Shown here: piece by piece, positions 1 through 10,812 of the stretch
Position numbering within the stretch: position 1 is the first letter of the stretch
Layout of the letters: each line of letters starts with the position of its first letter
Source of the DNA: Campylobacterota bacterium
GTDB taxonomy: Bacteria > Campylobacterota > Campylobacteria > Campylobacterales > Arcobacteraceae
Length of the DNA stretch: 58,264 nt
Reading direction: 5' to 3'
Assembly: GCA_051746405.1 (NCBI GenBank)
Contig: JBNJFB010000010.1
Coordinates: 1-58,264, forward strand
Translations under genes and position numbers: made by a program
Notes under the pieces: model-generated
What the model was told of the DNA's origin: nothing
The model's input: only the letters and a program-made list of their open reading frames with translations
Databases searched by the model: none

Positions 1-588
1 ATCTATCTTTTCTAAATAGTTTAAAATATCTTTTTTAGGTATTCCTGAGCGTTTTTCATACTGAGTTAGTATATATTGTGGAATTTTTACTTTTCGTTTA
101 TCAAAATTTTTCATTAATTTTTTTAAAAATACACCATTTTTATTATATGATAGTCTTGCAAATACAAATGGTAAATTATACTTATCTTGCCATGCTTTTG
201 CTAAATCTATAAAGTTTTTATCTTTATTTTCGTGATAATACTTAAGTGCTTTGTCTCCTATTATAACTTGGCCTTCAAGGTTTAAAACTTTTGCTAATGC
301 ATTTGAAGTATCACTTTGAAAATCTTTACTATAAACACCTGGTATTAACAATACAGAAGTTACTTCATTTCTTGCAATTATTCCAAAGTCAAGACTCTTT
401 TGTCTTTGTGAAGCTATTGAAGAGATAAATGCGCTATCTACTTGTTTATTTTTGAACTTTCTATTTATTTTAGAAGGGTATGATTTTTTATACTCTATTA
501 TCGCTTTTAACTGACTTGATTTTATATTTTTTTTCATATAAACTGTTACTGGTAGTAAATTTATAAAATCTATTTTTGCAAATATCAT
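1..588 (-). CDS. mqnA: MqnA/MqnD-family menaquinone (futalosine pathway) protein, probably chorismate dehydratase; 3' end outside window
   Basis: Not in ORF track because it runs off the window. Manual translation from ATG 588: MIFAKIDFINLLPV...KSYPSKIN...VDSAFISSI...SDTSNALAKVL...IIGDKAL...DLAKAWQDKYNLPFVFA, matching MqnA-family motifs. Confidence 0.8.
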   Translation of the reverse strand, partial: MIFAKIDFINLLPVTVYMKKNIKSSQLKAIIEYKKSYPSKINRKFKNKQVDSAFISSIASQRQKSLDFGIIARNEVTSVLLIPGVYSKDFQSDTSNALAKVLNLEGQVIIGDKALKYYHENKDKNFIDLAKAWQDKYNLPFVFARLSYNKNGVFLKKLMKNFDKRKVKIPQYILTQYEKRSGIPKKDILNYLEKID

Positions 589-659
589 TGACTTTAGTCA
601 TCCTATTATAAAATTTAATTAGTTATAATACAAAAAAATATGTAAATAAGGGGTTAAAA

Positions 660-881
660 TTGGTAAAAGTTGAGTTTTTAGGTCCAATTAATAAAGATAG
701 TTTAGAAGTTGATATAGATAATCTTTCACAACTTAGTGAAATTTTAAATAAGAATAGTGAAATTAAAAGTTGGCTAGATAAGTGTGCAGTTGCTATCAAT
801 GACACTTTAGTCTCATCAAAAGATGTAAAACTTCAAAGTGGTGATAAAGTATCACTATTACCTCCTGTTTGTGGAGGCTAA
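660..881 (+). CDS. moaD: molybdopterin synthase sulfur carrier subunit MoaD
   Basis: 73 aa ThiS/MoaD-like protein with C-terminal LLPPVCGG; adjacent to moaE; TTG start. Confidence 0.93.
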   Translation: MVKVEFLGPINKDSLEVDIDNLSQLSEILNKNSEIKSWLDKCAVAINDTLVSSKDVKLQSGDKVSLLPPVCGG

Positions 882-882
882 T

Positions 883-1326
883 ATGAGGAGTTTGGAGATT
901 TATGATGGTAGTTTGCCTGTTCAAAAAATCACTAACAAATGGTATGAAGAGTATAAAGAGTCAAACTATGGGGCAATTATAACTTTTGTTGGTGTTGTAA
1001 GAAGTGAAAATAGTATAGATGGTTTATCTTTTGATATTTATGAGCCTATTTTAAAATCTTGGTTTAATTCATGGCAAGAAAAAGCAAAAAAGCAAAATGC
1101 TATTGTATTAATGGCTCACTCTAAAGGTGATGTATTAAATCATGAAAGCTCTTATATTGCAGCTGTATGCTCACCAAAAAGAAGAGTAGCTTTAGAGATG
1201 ATTGATGAGTTTGTAGAGGATTTTAAAGCCCAAGCACCAATATGGAAATATGATATTATTAATAATGAAAGAGTTTATGCAATCAGTAGAAGCTCTAAAA
1301 TAAAAGGGGCGGGGATACTAAAATAA
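883..1326 (+). CDS. moaE: molybdopterin synthase catalytic subunit MoaE
   Basis: GAIITFVGVVR and FKAQAPIWK motifs. ATG 883 just after the moaD stop is preferred over the track start at 838. Confidence 0.93.
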   Translation: MRSLEIYDGSLPVQKITNKWYEEYKESNYGAIITFVGVVRSENSIDGLSFDIYEPILKSWFNSWQEKAKKQNAIVLMAHSKGDVLNHESSYIAAVCSPKRRVALEMIDEFVEDFKAQAPIWKYDIINNERVYAISRSSKIKGAGILK

Positions 1327-2138
1327 TGAGAGTAGATTTACATAATCATACAACACTTTGTAACCATGCTGTTGGTAGTGTTGATGAGTATATTAATAAA
1401 GCAATTGAAAAGAAGATTGATGTTTTTGGTTTTTCTGAACACGCTCCTATGAGTTTTGATGAGAAATATAGAATGCCTTTTAATACAATTGAGTTTTATG
1501 AGACTACATTGAAATATTATAAAGAGATATATAAAGATAAAATTGAATTACTTATGGGATATGAAGTTGATTTTATGCAAACTGTTTGTATGCATGAGGA
1601 GATTTTAAAAGCAGATGTGGACTATTTAATAGGTTCAGTTCATTTTTTAGAGTCTAAAAATAACAGTGGAGATTCTAAGACTCCTTGGGGATTTGATAAC
1701 CCTGAATTTATAGGAGAGTATAAGTCAAAAAATATTGATCAAATTTGGAAAGACTATTTTGATGCAATTTTTTTATTAGCAAAATCAGGAAAATTTGACA
1801 TAGTAGGTCATTTAGATTTGATAAAAGTATTTAAATATATGCCTAGAGGTGATATAAAACTTATTGCTCAAGATGCATTAAAGCAGATTAAAAAATCAAA
1901 TATGATTATAGAAATAAATGCAGCAGGTATTAGAAAACCTATTAATGAACCTTATCCATCTAAACAGCTATTAGAGCTTGCATATGAGCTTGGCATAGAT
2001 ATTACATTCTCTTGTGATGCACATAGCATTGAACAAGTTGGATATGGTTATGAGCAGGCTATAAATCTTGCAAAAGAAGTGGGCTATGAAAAGTGTGCAC
2101 TATTTAGAAAAAGAGATAAACAGTTAGTTAGATTTTAA
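1326..2138 (+). CDS. PHP-family histidinol-phosphatase (HisJ/HisK type)
   Basis: DLHNHT, SEHAP, GYEVD, GSVH, GHLDL and SCDAH PHP metal-binding motifs. Confidence 0.88.
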   Translation: MRVDLHNHTTLCNHAVGSVDEYINKAIEKKIDVFGFSEHAPMSFDEKYRMPFNTIEFYETTLKYYKEIYKDKIELLMGYEVDFMQTVCMHEEILKADVDYLIGSVHFLESKNNSGDSKTPWGFDNPEFIGEYKSKNIDQIWKDYFDAIFLLAKSGKFDIVGHLDLIKVFKYMPRGDIKLIAQDALKQIKKSNMIIEINAAGIRKPINEPYPSKQLLELAYELGIDITFSCDAHSIEQVGYGYEQAINLAKEVGYEKCALFRKRDKQLVRF

Positions 2139-2164
2139 ACAGATGTTACTGTTTCTTTTTAATT

Positions 2165-2218
2165 TGTATATTTTTTATACAGTTGATTTAGCTTAGATTT
2201 TTTAATTTTTGATACAAT
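2165..2218 (+). promoter_or_regulatory. putative glnA promoter: palindrome TGTATA-N5-TATACA and extended -10 TGATACAAT
   Basis: Perfect inverted repeat 2165-2181; tgatacaat 2210-2218; AAGGAG RBS before ATG 2250. Confidence 0.45.
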
Positions 2219-2249
2219 ATAACAATAATTATTTTAAGGAGTAAGAACT

Positions 2250-3677
2250 ATGGGTAAGTTTGTTAACAATACTGATGAGTTTTTTAAATATTGTGAAGAC
2301 AATGAGGTAAAATTTGTAGATTTTAGATTCTCTGATTTTTCAGGTACGTGGCATCATTTAACATATATGATGAAAGCAGTAAGTGCAGAACAACTAGAAA
2401 GTGGTATGCCATTTGATGGGTCGTCTGTTGATGCATGGCAACCAATTAATAAATCTGATATGATTTTAAAACCAGATGTGGAAACTGCTTTTTTAGATCC
2501 ATTTACAGCTGATCCAACTATTATTGTAGTTTGTGATGTTTATGATATTTATAAAAATGAGTTATATGAAAAATGTCCAAGATCAATTGCTAAAAAAGCA
2601 TTAGATCATTTAAGTAATGCAGGAATCGGTGATGTTGCTTACTTTGGTCCTGAAAATGAATTCTTTATTTTTGACGATGTTAAAATTAAAGATGATATTA
2701 ATGAATCATACTACAGAGTTGACTCAGAAGAGGGTTGTTGGTCAGATGCTGATGATTATGAGCTAGGTAATATGGGTCACAGACCAAGAACAAAAGGTGG
2801 ATACTTCCCAGTTCAGCCTACAGATTCAATGGTTGATTTAAGAGCTGAGATGATGCAAGTATTAGAACAAGTTGGTTTAGAGGTTGTTTTAGGACACCAC
2901 GAAGTTGCTCAAGCTCAAGGTGAAATAGGTATTGTATTTAGTGATTTAATTGATGCAGCTGATAATGTACAAAAATATAAGTATGTAGTAAAAATGGTAG
3001 CACACTTAAATGGTAAGTCTGCAACATTTATGCCAAAACCTCTATTTGGTGATAATGGTAATGGTATGCATGTTCACCAATCTATTTGGAAAGATGGTAA
3101 AAACTTATTCTATAAAGAAGGAGAGTATGGAAATCTTTCAGAAATGGCTAGACACTATGTTGGTGGTATATTTAAACATGCAAGAGCAGTTGCTGCATTT
3201 ACAAACCCATCAACTAACTCTTACAAAAGATTAGTTCCAGGTTTTGAAGCTCCATCTATTTTAACTTATTCTTCGCAAAATAGATCAGCTTCTTGTAGAA
3301 TTCCTTATGGTGCTGGTGAAAAAGCTACAAGAGTTGAGATGAGATTCCCTGACTCTACTGCTTGTCCATATTTAGCATTTGCAGCTATGTTATGTGCAGG
3401 ATTAGATGGTATTAAAAATAAATATGAGCCAATAGGACCAATGGATGATGACTTATATGAGTTATCTTTAGATGAAATTAGACAAAGAAAAATTCCTCAA
3501 ATGCCACATACATTAAGAGGTTCATTAGAAGCTTTAATTAGAGATAATGACTTCTTACAACCTGTATTTAGTCAAGATATGATTGATACATATCAACACT
3601 ATAAATTTGAAACTCAAGTTTGGCCTGATGAGTCTAGACCAACAGCCTTTGAGTTTAAATCAACTTATTCTTGTTAA
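2250..3677 (+). CDS. glnA: glutamine synthetase type I
   Basis: [49 protein letters not shown] and EMRFPD motifs. Confidence 0.98.
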   Translation: MGKFVNNTDEFFKYCEDNEVKFVDFRFSDFSGTWHHLTYMMKAVSAEQLESGMPFDGSSVDAWQPINKSDMILKPDVETAFLDPFTADPTIIVVCDVYDIYKNELYEKCPRSIAKKALDHLSNAGIGDVAYFGPENEFFIFDDVKIKDDINESYYRVDSEEGCWSDADDYELGNMGHRPRTKGGYFPVQPTDSMVDLRAEMMQVLEQVGLEVVLGHHEVAQAQGEIGIVFSDLIDAADNVQKYKYVVKMVAHLNGKSATFMPKPLFGDNGNGMHVHQSIWKDGKNLFYKEGEYGNLSEMARHYVGGIFKHARAVAAFTNPSTNSYKRLVPGFEAPSILTYSSQNRSASCRIPYGAGEKATRVEMRFPDSTACPYLAFAAMLCAGLDGIKNKYEPIGPMDDDLYELSLDEIRQRKIPQMPHTLRGSLEALIRDNDFLQPVFSQDMIDTYQHYKFETQVWPDESRPTAFEFKSTYSC

Positions 3678-3703
3678 TTTGTTAATAGGAACTTTTAAAC
3701 TTG

Positions 3704-3733
3704 TAAGCTAAAAGATAACTCTCTTTTAGCTTA
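3704..3733. terminator. bidirectional intrinsic terminator between convergent glnA and PBP1A genes
   Basis: 12-bp perfect stem taagctaaaaga / tcttttagctta. Confidence 0.7.
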
Positions 3734-3744
3734 TGCTACTTATA

Positions 3745-5709
3745 TTAAAACTCTATTTTATTTTCAACTTCTACATCAATGTTTGGCAATGGTGATGTTT
3801 CAGTGTAGTATTCTACTTTGCCATTTATTTTTGTTTTATAAACTTTATCATTAGGTATTTCAAAATCTCTAGCTATTTCAGGATGAATTTTTAAATATTG
3901 CTCATAAAAGTGTGAAAATACAGGTGCTGCAATTATACCACCCGTTTCGCTCTCTCTCATTGGTGTATTGTTGTCATTTCCAAACCAAACAATAGTTTGA
4001 ATTGTTGGTGAATATCCACAAAACCATGCATCGATATTATTATTTGTTGTTCCTGTTTTTCCCGCTAAATCAATATTTTTCACACGTGCTCTTCTTCCTG
4101 TACCTCTATTAACTGTTTCATTAAGTATAGATGTTATTAAATATGTCTGTTCAGGAGAGTTTATTTTCTTAGTTTCAGGTCCAAAAATAGTTTTATTTCT
4201 ATCTTTGTCAATAATACTTTGTATAATATATGGTTTAACTTGAACTCCATGATTTGAGAATACACTATAGTATTGACTTAACTCAAGTGGTGAAACTGAC
4301 ATTGCTCCAAGTGTAATTGATAAATCCCTAGGAATACCTTCAAAACCATAACTTTTGAGTGCGTTGTAAGTAGTTCCAATACCTATGTTTGTAACTAAGT
4401 TTACTGTGGATAAGTTTCTTGATTTTACTAATGATTCCCTTAGAGTCACAAATCCTTTAAATTTACCTCCATAGTTTCTAGGTTGCCACTTTTGTTCATT
4501 TCCTTCTTTATCTGTATATTCATAAGTTCTTGATATATCAACAAGTTTTGAAGCTGGATTTAAGCCTTGATTTAGTCCTGTTTGATAGATAAATGGTTTA
4601 ATAGCAGAACCTGGTTGTCTGTTTGCTTGTACTGCTCTATTGAACATTGATTTACTATAATCAACACCCCCAACAATTGCTAAAATTTTACCTGTATTGT
4701 TTTCTATGGATACAAGAGCACCATTAAGTTTTTTTACAAAACTATCATCATCGGGGCTATTTTCATTTTTTCTATAGTTTTGGTCTCTTTTTAATGCTTC
4801 TTCATAAGATTTTTTCAAACCTTCTTTTGCAATATTTTGTGCATCTAAATCAATTGTTAAGTTTATTTTATATCCACCACTTCTTATATTTGGAATATCT
4901 TTTTTTAATTTCTTTAGTACATAATCTATTACATAAGGTGCTTTATTCTTTGTTAAAGTTTGATCATAAATTACTGGAGTTTCTTTTATGGCATTTTTAT
5001 ATTGATTTTCATTTATCCATCCTAGTGTATTTAATCTAGTAATAACTTGATTTGCTCTTGCTAGGGAAACTTTTAGATTTCTTGTTGGATCATAAAAACT
5101 AGGGGCTCTAGGAAGTCCTACTAATATTGCCATCTCTTTTAAAGATAGTTCATATAAATCTTTTTTGAAGTAACCTTTTGATGCTGTTTTTATACCATAA
5201 TATCCATGACCAAAATATACATGGTTTAAATATCTCTCTAATATCTCTTCTTTTGTTAACATTGTTTCTAGTTTTATTGCAAGCATTGCTTCTTTTATTT
5301 TTCTAATAATTTTTTTCTCTCTAGTAAGTACAATCATCTTTATTAATTGTTGGGTTAATGTACTAGCACCCTCTACAAAAGCTCCTGCTTTAATATCTTT
5401 TATAATTGCTCTACTTATTGCATCTGGATTTACTCCAAAGTGCTCAAAATATTGTGTATCTTCAATAGCTATTAAACTTTCAATTATTCTTGCTGGGATA
5501 TCATTGTATTTTACATACTCTCTATTTTGACCTTTAAATATATTTGCTATTAACTTTCCATTTTTGTCAAAGAACTGTGTACTTTGTTTGGGGTTATAGT
5601 TTACAACTTTATAAACATCATTTTCAATTTTTATATATAATGTATAAAGCCAAGTGCTTGTACCAATAAAAAGTAAAACTAAAAGTCCTAAGATAAATCT
5701 AAATATCAT
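3745..5709 (-). CDS. penicillin-binding protein 1A (bifunctional transglycosylase/transpeptidase)
   Basis: N-terminal TM anchor; EDTQYFEHFG, GASTLTQQL and RKIKE glycosyltransferase motifs; SAIK (SxxK), SRN and KTG transpeptidase motifs. Confidence 0.95.
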   Translation of the reverse strand: MIFRFILGLLVLLFIGTSTWLYTLYIKIENDVYKVVNYNPKQSTQFFDKNGKLIANIFKGQNREYVKYNDIPARIIESLIAIEDTQYFEHFGVNPDAISRAIIKDIKAGAFVEGASTLTQQLIKMIVLTREKKIIRKIKEAMLAIKLETMLTKEEILERYLNHVYFGHGYYGIKTASKGYFKKDLYELSLKEMAILVGLPRAPSFYDPTRNLKVSLARANQVITRLNTLGWINENQYKNAIKETPVIYDQTLTKNKAPYVIDYVLKKLKKDIPNIRSGGYKINLTIDLDAQNIAKEGLKKSYEEALKRDQNYRKNENSPDDDSFVKKLNGALVSIENNTGKILAIVGGVDYSKSMFNRAVQANRQPGSAIKPFIYQTGLNQGLNPASKLVDISRTYEYTDKEGNEQKWQPRNYGGKFKGFVTLRESLVKSRNLSTVNLVTNIGIGTTYNALKSYGFEGIPRDLSITLGAMSVSPLELSQYYSVFSNHGVQVKPYIIQSIIDKDRNKTIFGPETKKINSPEQTYLITSILNETVNRGTGRRARVKNIDLAGKTGTTNNNIDAWFCGYSPTIQTIVWFGNDNNTPMRESETGGIIAAPVFSHFYEQYLKIHPEIARDFEIPNDKVYKTKINGKVEYYTETSPLPNIDVEVENKIEF

Positions 5710-5710
5710 A

Positions 5711-6409
5711 TTATTTCCTAAATTCTTTTTTATTAAATGTGGAGTTTATCAATTTTTTTGTGTATAAATCTCTATTTTTTTCATTTAAAACCTCTTGGGT
5801 TTTTCCTTTTTGTATAATCTTACCATCATTTATTATAACTATATCATCACATAAATCTTTTATTGACTCTATATCATGAGTTACAAAAAGAGTTAGTATA
5901 TTTAACTGCTTTTGTAAATCATTAATAAGTCTTAAAATATTTGTTTGATTTTTTTTATCTAAAGCGGTAGTTGGTTCATCTAAAAGTAATAGTTTTATAT
6001 CTCTACATAATGCAATAGCAATAATAACCCTTTGAAGTTGCCCACCACTTAACTGGCTTGGATATTTATCTAAAAAACTATCATCTAAGTTTACTAATTT
6101 TAAAGAGTGTGTGATTCTATTCATTTTTGAAAAGAATTGATGTTTTATTTTAGTCATTGGTGAAAGTGAGGTAAATGGGTTTTGGGGTACAAAACCAATA
6201 GTTTGGTAGTTTAATTCAAAGTTGGACTCAATATCTTTTTTCAAAGTTAAACTACTTGGTAATAAATTTAATAAAGATTTTAGTGTAAGTGATTTTCCAC
6301 TACCACTTTGACCTATTAATGCAGTTGAAGAGTTGATATTAAATTTAATATCAACTAATCTTTCATTATCTTTGAATATTTTCAACTCTTTTATATTTAA
6401 ATATAACAT
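5711..6409 (-). CDS. ABC transporter ATP-binding protein (Dpp/Opp/Nik-like)
   Basis: Walker A GQSGSGKS, LSGGQ signature, Walker B LLLDEPT, VTHD. Confidence 0.9.
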   Translation of the reverse strand: MLYLNIKELKIFKDNERLVDIKFNINSSTALIGQSGSGKSLTLKSLLNLLPSSLTLKKDIESNFELNYQTIGFVPQNPFTSLSPMTKIKHQFFSKMNRITHSLKLVNLDDSFLDKYPSQLSGGQLQRVIIAIALCRDIKLLLLDEPTTALDKKNQTNILRLINDLQKQLNILTLFVTHDIESIKDLCDDIVIINDGKIIQKGKTQEVLNEKNRDLYTKKLINSTFNKKEFRK

Positions 6410-6410
6410 T

Positions 6411-7886
6411 TTAAAATAGAGCTTTATCCATCTCTTTTGGTATTTCTAAATTCATTAGTTTTAATACAGTGGGTGCTATATTACTTAAACTACCAGCTTG
6501 AATTTTTTTAACTTTTTTTGAATAAACAAAACAATAAACATCACCAACTGTGTGGTTTGTTAAGGTGTTTCCATCTTTATCTTTCATCATTTCACAATTT
6601 CCATGATCTGATGTTAAAACAATATTATAGTTTTTATCTTTTGCTTTTTGAAATATTTTATCTAACTCTTTATCAACAGCTTCAACAGCTTTTAATGCAG
6701 CATCATAGTTTCCTGTATGTCCTACCATATCTCCATTTGCAAAGTTCACTACTATAAAATCATTCTCTTCGTCCATTGCCTTTTGAACAGTTTGCGAAAC
6801 TTCAGGTGCACTCATTTGTGGTTGTAAGTCATAAGTTGCAACTTTTGGTGAAGGAATTAATACTCTTTTTTCATTTGCTACAGGCTCTTCAACACCACCA
6901 TTAAAAAAGAATGTAACATGGGCATATTTTTCTGTTTCAGAAGTGTGTAACTGAGTTAAGTTTGCTTTTGATATAACTTCAGCTAAGGTATTTTTTGGAT
7001 TATCTTTAGGAAATAAAACCTGCAATGGTAGGTTTTTATCATACTCTGTCATAGTTGCGATATTTAGTTTTTCTGAAAATCTTGAGAACTCATTGAAATC
7101 ACTATTTGCAAACGCAGAGGTAATCTCTCTCATTCTGTCACTTCTAAAATTACAGAATATAATGCCATCACTCTTTTTTACTCCATTATAGTTATGAAAA
7201 GCACAAGGTTCAATGAACTCATCATATACATCTTTTTCATATGATTTTTGAATATATTCAGTTATATTCTCTTTTGTTTTTGGCAAGCCAAATGCAATTG
7301 CGTCATAGCCTTTTTGTACTCGTTCCCATCTTTGGTCCCTATCCATAGTATAGTATCTACCTGAAACTGTAGCAATCTTTATATTGTCATTACACACACT
7401 ATTTAACTGTTCTATATATTTCAATGCACTATTAGGTGCAACATCTCTTCCATCAGTTATTACATGAAAAAATACTTTTTTCCCAAAGCTTTGAGCAATT
7501 TTTCCTAATGCAATAATATGATTAATATGAGAATGAACCCCTCCATTGCTTACTAATCCAACTAGGTGTATATCATTTGATTTATCTATAGTATCTGTTA
7601 AAATTTTATTATCTTTTAAAGTATCATCTTTAATTGAAAGATTTATTTTTACTAAGTCTTGATATAGAGTTCTTCCTGAACCAATTGTCATATGACCAAC
7701 TTCAGAGTTACCCATTTGCCCATCTGGCAGGCCTACATGCTCTCCATGAGTATGTATTAAACTGTTTGGCACATTTTTAAATAAATAATCATAAGTGGGG
7801 GTATTGGCATTTTTAAATGCATTAAATTCATTTGAATTATTATATCCAATACCATCTGTTATGATTAAAATAGTCTTATTATCCAT
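6411..7886 (-). CDS. gpmI: 2,3-bisphosphoglycerate-independent phosphoglycerate mutase
   Basis: GLPDGQMGNSEVGH, DGRD, ETEKYAHVT, DMVGHTG and SDHGN motifs. Confidence 0.97.
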   Translation of the reverse strand: MDNKTILIITDGIGYNNSNEFNAFKNANTPTYDYLFKNVPNSLIHTHGEHVGLPDGQMGNSEVGHMTIGSGRTLYQDLVKINLSIKDDTLKDNKILTDTIDKSNDIHLVGLVSNGGVHSHINHIIALGKIAQSFGKKVFFHVITDGRDVAPNSALKYIEQLNSVCNDNIKIATVSGRYYTMDRDQRWERVQKGYDAIAFGLPKTKENITEYIQKSYEKDVYDEFIEPCAFHNYNGVKKSDGIIFCNFRSDRMREITSAFANSDFNEFSRFSEKLNIATMTEYDKNLPLQVLFPKDNPKNTLAEVISKANLTQLHTSETEKYAHVTFFFNGGVEEPVANEKRVLIPSPKVATYDLQPQMSAPEVSQTVQKAMDEENDFIVVNFANGDMVGHTGNYDAALKAVEAVDKELDKIFQKAKDKNYNIVLTSDHGNCEMMKDKDGNTLTNHTVGDVYCFVYSKKVKKIQAGSLSNIAPTVLKLMNLEIPKEMDKALF

Positions 7887-7954
7887 TGTTTAAACCTTTT
7901 AAAATCAATAATTTAATATAATCTCATGGATTATATCAAAATGAAGGTTTAAGT

Positions 7955-9016
7955 TTGTTTTATTGGTTTTATAGACATCTAGATATTAATATTTTTCAAT
8001 ACATATCAGTTCGAGCTGGGATAAGTTTTTTTATAGCATTTTTTCTAACAATGTATCTTATGCCAAAGTTTGTTAAATGGGCAAAAGGTAAAAAAGCATC
8101 ACAACCTATATATGACCTTGCTCCTGAAGAGCATCAAAAAAAAGTTGGTACTCCTACAATGGGTGGTATGGTTTTTATTTTTGCTACAATAATAGCTACT
8201 CTACTTACAGCTAAATTAAATAATTTCTATGTTTTTGGAGGAATTTTAACATTGGCATTATTTAGTTTAATTGGAATAAAAGATGACTATGCAAAAATTT
8301 CAAGTAGCAAAAATGATGCTGGTCTTAGTGCAAGGTCAAAGTTGATTTTACAGATAGTAAGTGCACTTTTAATAGGGTGTATGATTTACTACTATGGACA
8401 TACTACTAGTTTATATACACCTTTTTATAAACTTCCTTTACTAGACATGGGTTTGTTTGCTCTAGTTCTTTGGTGTTTAGTTTTAGTTGCCACATCAAAT
8501 GCAGTTAATTTAACAGATGGATTAGATGGACTAGCTACAGTACCATCTATTATGTCATTTTTTACACTATCAGTTTTAGTTTATGTAACAGGACATGCAA
8601 TAATCGCAGGATATCTCCTTCTTCCAAATATTCAGCTTGCAGGTGAATTAACAATAATGGGGTCAGCTATCTCAGGCTCACTTATAGCATTTTTATGGTT
8701 CAACTCCCACCCAGCAGAGGTATTCATGGGTGATTCTGGTTCTTTACCAATTGGAGCTTTTATGGGGTACTTAGCTATAGTTGCAAAGTCTGAACTACTA
8801 CTATTATTAATTGGATTTATTTTTGTGCTTGAAACAGTATCAGTTATACTGCAAGTGGGTTCTTACAAGCTAAGACAAAAAAGAGTGTTTTTAATGGCTC
8901 CCATACATCACCATTTTGAACAAAAAGGTTGGAGAGAGAATAAAATCATTGTTAGGTTTTGGATTATATCTTTTATGACCAATTTAATTGCACTTATGAG
9001 TATAAAGATTAGGTAG
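7955..9016 (+). CDS. mraY: phospho-N-acetylmuramoyl-pentapeptide transferase
   Basis: [26 protein letters not shown] and MAPIHHHFE motifs; multi-TM. Confidence 0.97.
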   Translation: MFYWFYRHLDINIFQYISVRAGISFFIAFFLTMYLMPKFVKWAKGKKASQPIYDLAPEEHQKKVGTPTMGGMVFIFATIIATLLTAKLNNFYVFGGILTLALFSLIGIKDDYAKISSSKNDAGLSARSKLILQIVSALLIGCMIYYYGHTTSLYTPFYKLPLLDMGLFALVLWCLVLVATSNAVNLTDGLDGLATVPSIMSFFTLSVLVYVTGHAIIAGYLLLPNIQLAGELTIMGSAISGSLIAFLWFNSHPAEVFMGDSGSLPIGAFMGYLAIVAKSELLLLLIGFIFVLETVSVILQVGSYKLRQKRVFLMAPIHHHFEQKGWRENKIIVRFWIISFMTNLIALMSIKIR

Positions 9017-9019
9017 ATA

Positions 9020-10174
9020 ATGATTAGAGTTTTAGGTAAGGGCAATACAGCACAAGCCATTAAAAAGAAGTTTGAAAATGTAATCTTATATGATGAAAGC
9101 AATTTCTCTTCTTATGAAAAAAACAGTAATGAGTTAACTGTTGTTAGTCCAGGAATACCCCCTCATAACTTTATGGTTAAAGAAGCTAAAAATGTAATTA
9201 GTGATTATGATCTATTTTCTGAAACTATGCCTTTTTCTATTTGGATTAGTGGTACAAACGGAAAAACAACGACAACACAAATGTGCCAACATATATTAGA
9301 AGAAAAAAATAGTCAATGTGGTGGAAATATAGGTAAAGCAGTATCAAAAATGGATTTATCTAAACCTATTTGGATACTTGAAACATCTTCCTTTACATTT
9401 CATTATATAAAAAGTGCTAAACCAAACATATATTTACTTCTACCAATTAGTGAAGATCATTTATCTTGGCATATTAATTTTAAAAACTATGAGCAAGCTA
9501 AGCTTAAACCTTTTTCTATGATGAATGAAGAGGATATAATTATAGCTCCAAATAAGTATAAAAATAAAAAAACAGATGCTTGTTTAATAACTTATAAGAA
9601 TAGTGATGATTTATGTAATCAATTTGGCATAGATAAAAAAAGAGTTGATTTTAAGGAACCTTTTTTATTAGATGCAATATTAGCACTTATAAGTAAAAAA
9701 ATTTTATTTGATTATATTGATTATAAAACAGTTAATACTTACAAAATTGATAAACATAAAGTTGAAGAGTTTAGGGATAAAAAGAATCGACTATGGATAG
9801 ATGATTCAAAAGCTACAAATATAGATGCAACTATTAATGCATTAAAACCATATGAAAACAGAAATATACATTTGATATTAGGAGGCGATGATAAAGGTGC
9901 AAATCTAAAGTCACTTTTTGAATATTTAAAAAATTTTAATTTAACTGTTTATTCTATAGGTCAAAATGAAAATAGAATATACGAATACTGTAAGCAGTAT
10001 AAAATAGATATTAAAAGGTGTAAATATTTAGAAGTAAGTGTGAATAGAATTGATAAAAATTTTAAAAATGATGATATTGCAATCTTATCTCCAGCTGCCG
10101 CATCACTTGATCAGTTCAGCTCATATAAGCAAAGGGGAGAGGAATTTAAAAAGTTTGTATACGCTTTAAGTTAA
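9020..10174 (+). CDS. murD: UDP-N-acetylmuramoyl-L-alanine--D-glutamate ligase
   Basis: VSPGIP, SGTNGKTTT, GGNIG, LETSSF, DDSKATN and LSPAAASLDQF motifs; follows mraY. Confidence 0.93.
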   Translation: MIRVLGKGNTAQAIKKKFENVILYDESNFSSYEKNSNELTVVSPGIPPHNFMVKEAKNVISDYDLFSETMPFSIWISGTNGKTTTTQMCQHILEEKNSQCGGNIGKAVSKMDLSKPIWILETSSFTFHYIKSAKPNIYLLLPISEDHLSWHINFKNYEQAKLKPFSMMNEEDIIIAPNKYKNKKTDACLITYKNSDDLCNQFGIDKKRVDFKEPFLLDAILALISKKILFDYIDYKTVNTYKIDKHKVEEFRDKKNRLWIDDSKATNIDATINALKPYENRNIHLILGGDDKGANLKSLFEYLKNFNLTVYSIGQNENRIYEYCKQYKIDIKRCKYLEVSVNRIDKNFKNDDIAILSPAAASLDQFSSYKQRGEEFKKFVYALS

Positions 10175-10198
10175 TTTTAATGTGTCCTTATGTATAAT
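10165..10198 (+). promoter_or_regulatory. sigma70-type promoter of the tRNA-tuf operon
   Basis: TATAAT at 10193-10198 with upstream phased T-tracts (tttaag, ttttaa), about 25 nt before tRNA-Phe. Confidence 0.55.
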
Positions 10199-10222
10199 TC
10201 CATCTCAACTTCAAAAAAAGTT

Positions 10223-10298
10223 GGTTCGATAGCTCAGTCGGTAGAGCAATGGATTGAAAATCCATGTGTCGGCAGTTCGATTCTGCCTCGAACCACCA
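10223..10298 (+). tRNA. tRNA-Phe (GAA)
   Basis: 76 nt cloverleaf, anticodon arm atgga-ttGAAaa-tccat, TTCGA T-loop, CCA end. Confidence 0.96.
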
Positions 10299-10306
10299 TT
10301 TATGAA

Positions 10307-10383
10307 GCTGGTGTAGCTCAGTTGGCTAGAGCAGCTGATTTGTAATCAGCAGGTCGGGGGTTCAAGTCCCTTCACCAGCTCCA
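10307..10383 (+). tRNA. tRNA-Thr (TGT)
   Basis: 77 nt, anticodon arm gctga-ttTGTaa-tcagc, GGTTCAA, CCA end. Confidence 0.96.
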
Positions 10384-10444
10384 TTTTTAATTGTCGTGCG
10401 TAAGTCTAAAGGACCAGCGCTTGACCAGAGCAATATTTTTATCA

Positions 10445-10529
10445 GGTGAGGTTGGAGAGTGGTCAAATCCTGCGGATTGTAAATCCGCCGCCTACGGCTT
10501 CGAAGGTTCGAATCCTTCCCTCACCACCA
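10445..10529 (+). tRNA. tRNA-Tyr (GTA)
   Basis: 85 nt with long variable arm, gcgga-ttGTAaa-tccgc, CCA end. Confidence 0.96.
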
Positions 10530-10537
10530 TTAATGTT

Positions 10538-10614
10538 GCGGGAGTAGCTCAGTTGGCTAGAGCTTCTGCCTTCCAAGCAGATTGTCGCGAGTTCGAGTCT
10601 CGTCTCCCGCTCCA
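10538..10614 (+). tRNA. tRNA-Gly (TCC)
   Basis: 77 nt, tctgc-ctTCCaa-gcaga, GTTCGA, CCA end. Confidence 0.96.
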
Positions 10615-10812
10615 TTTTGATTATTGTATACTGGGAGCTGAGTTATAAGCACAAAATTTTATAACTCTTATTTTAAAGATACTCCCATTAAAGTTTTTTT
10701 TAGTATTTAATTAATATAATGTTGTCACAAAATGTGATCCCCTCTGAATAGAGAAGCCAATGGGCTTATCTACTCAGAGGGCTATAAGCACAAATCTTAG
10801 AAGGGGAATTCT

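Noticed and set aside
838..882. Track's upstream start for moaE
   Set aside because: Overlaps moaD; ATG 883 preceded by GGAGG is more plausible.
5711..6409. Orphan ABC ATPase without a permease
   Set aside because: Sits in a tightly packed housekeeping run (gpmI-ATPase-PBP1A); partners are probably elsewhere, with no sign of novelty.
10391..10648. 85-aa ORF
   Set aside because: Overlaps tRNA-Tyr and tRNA-Gly; spurious.
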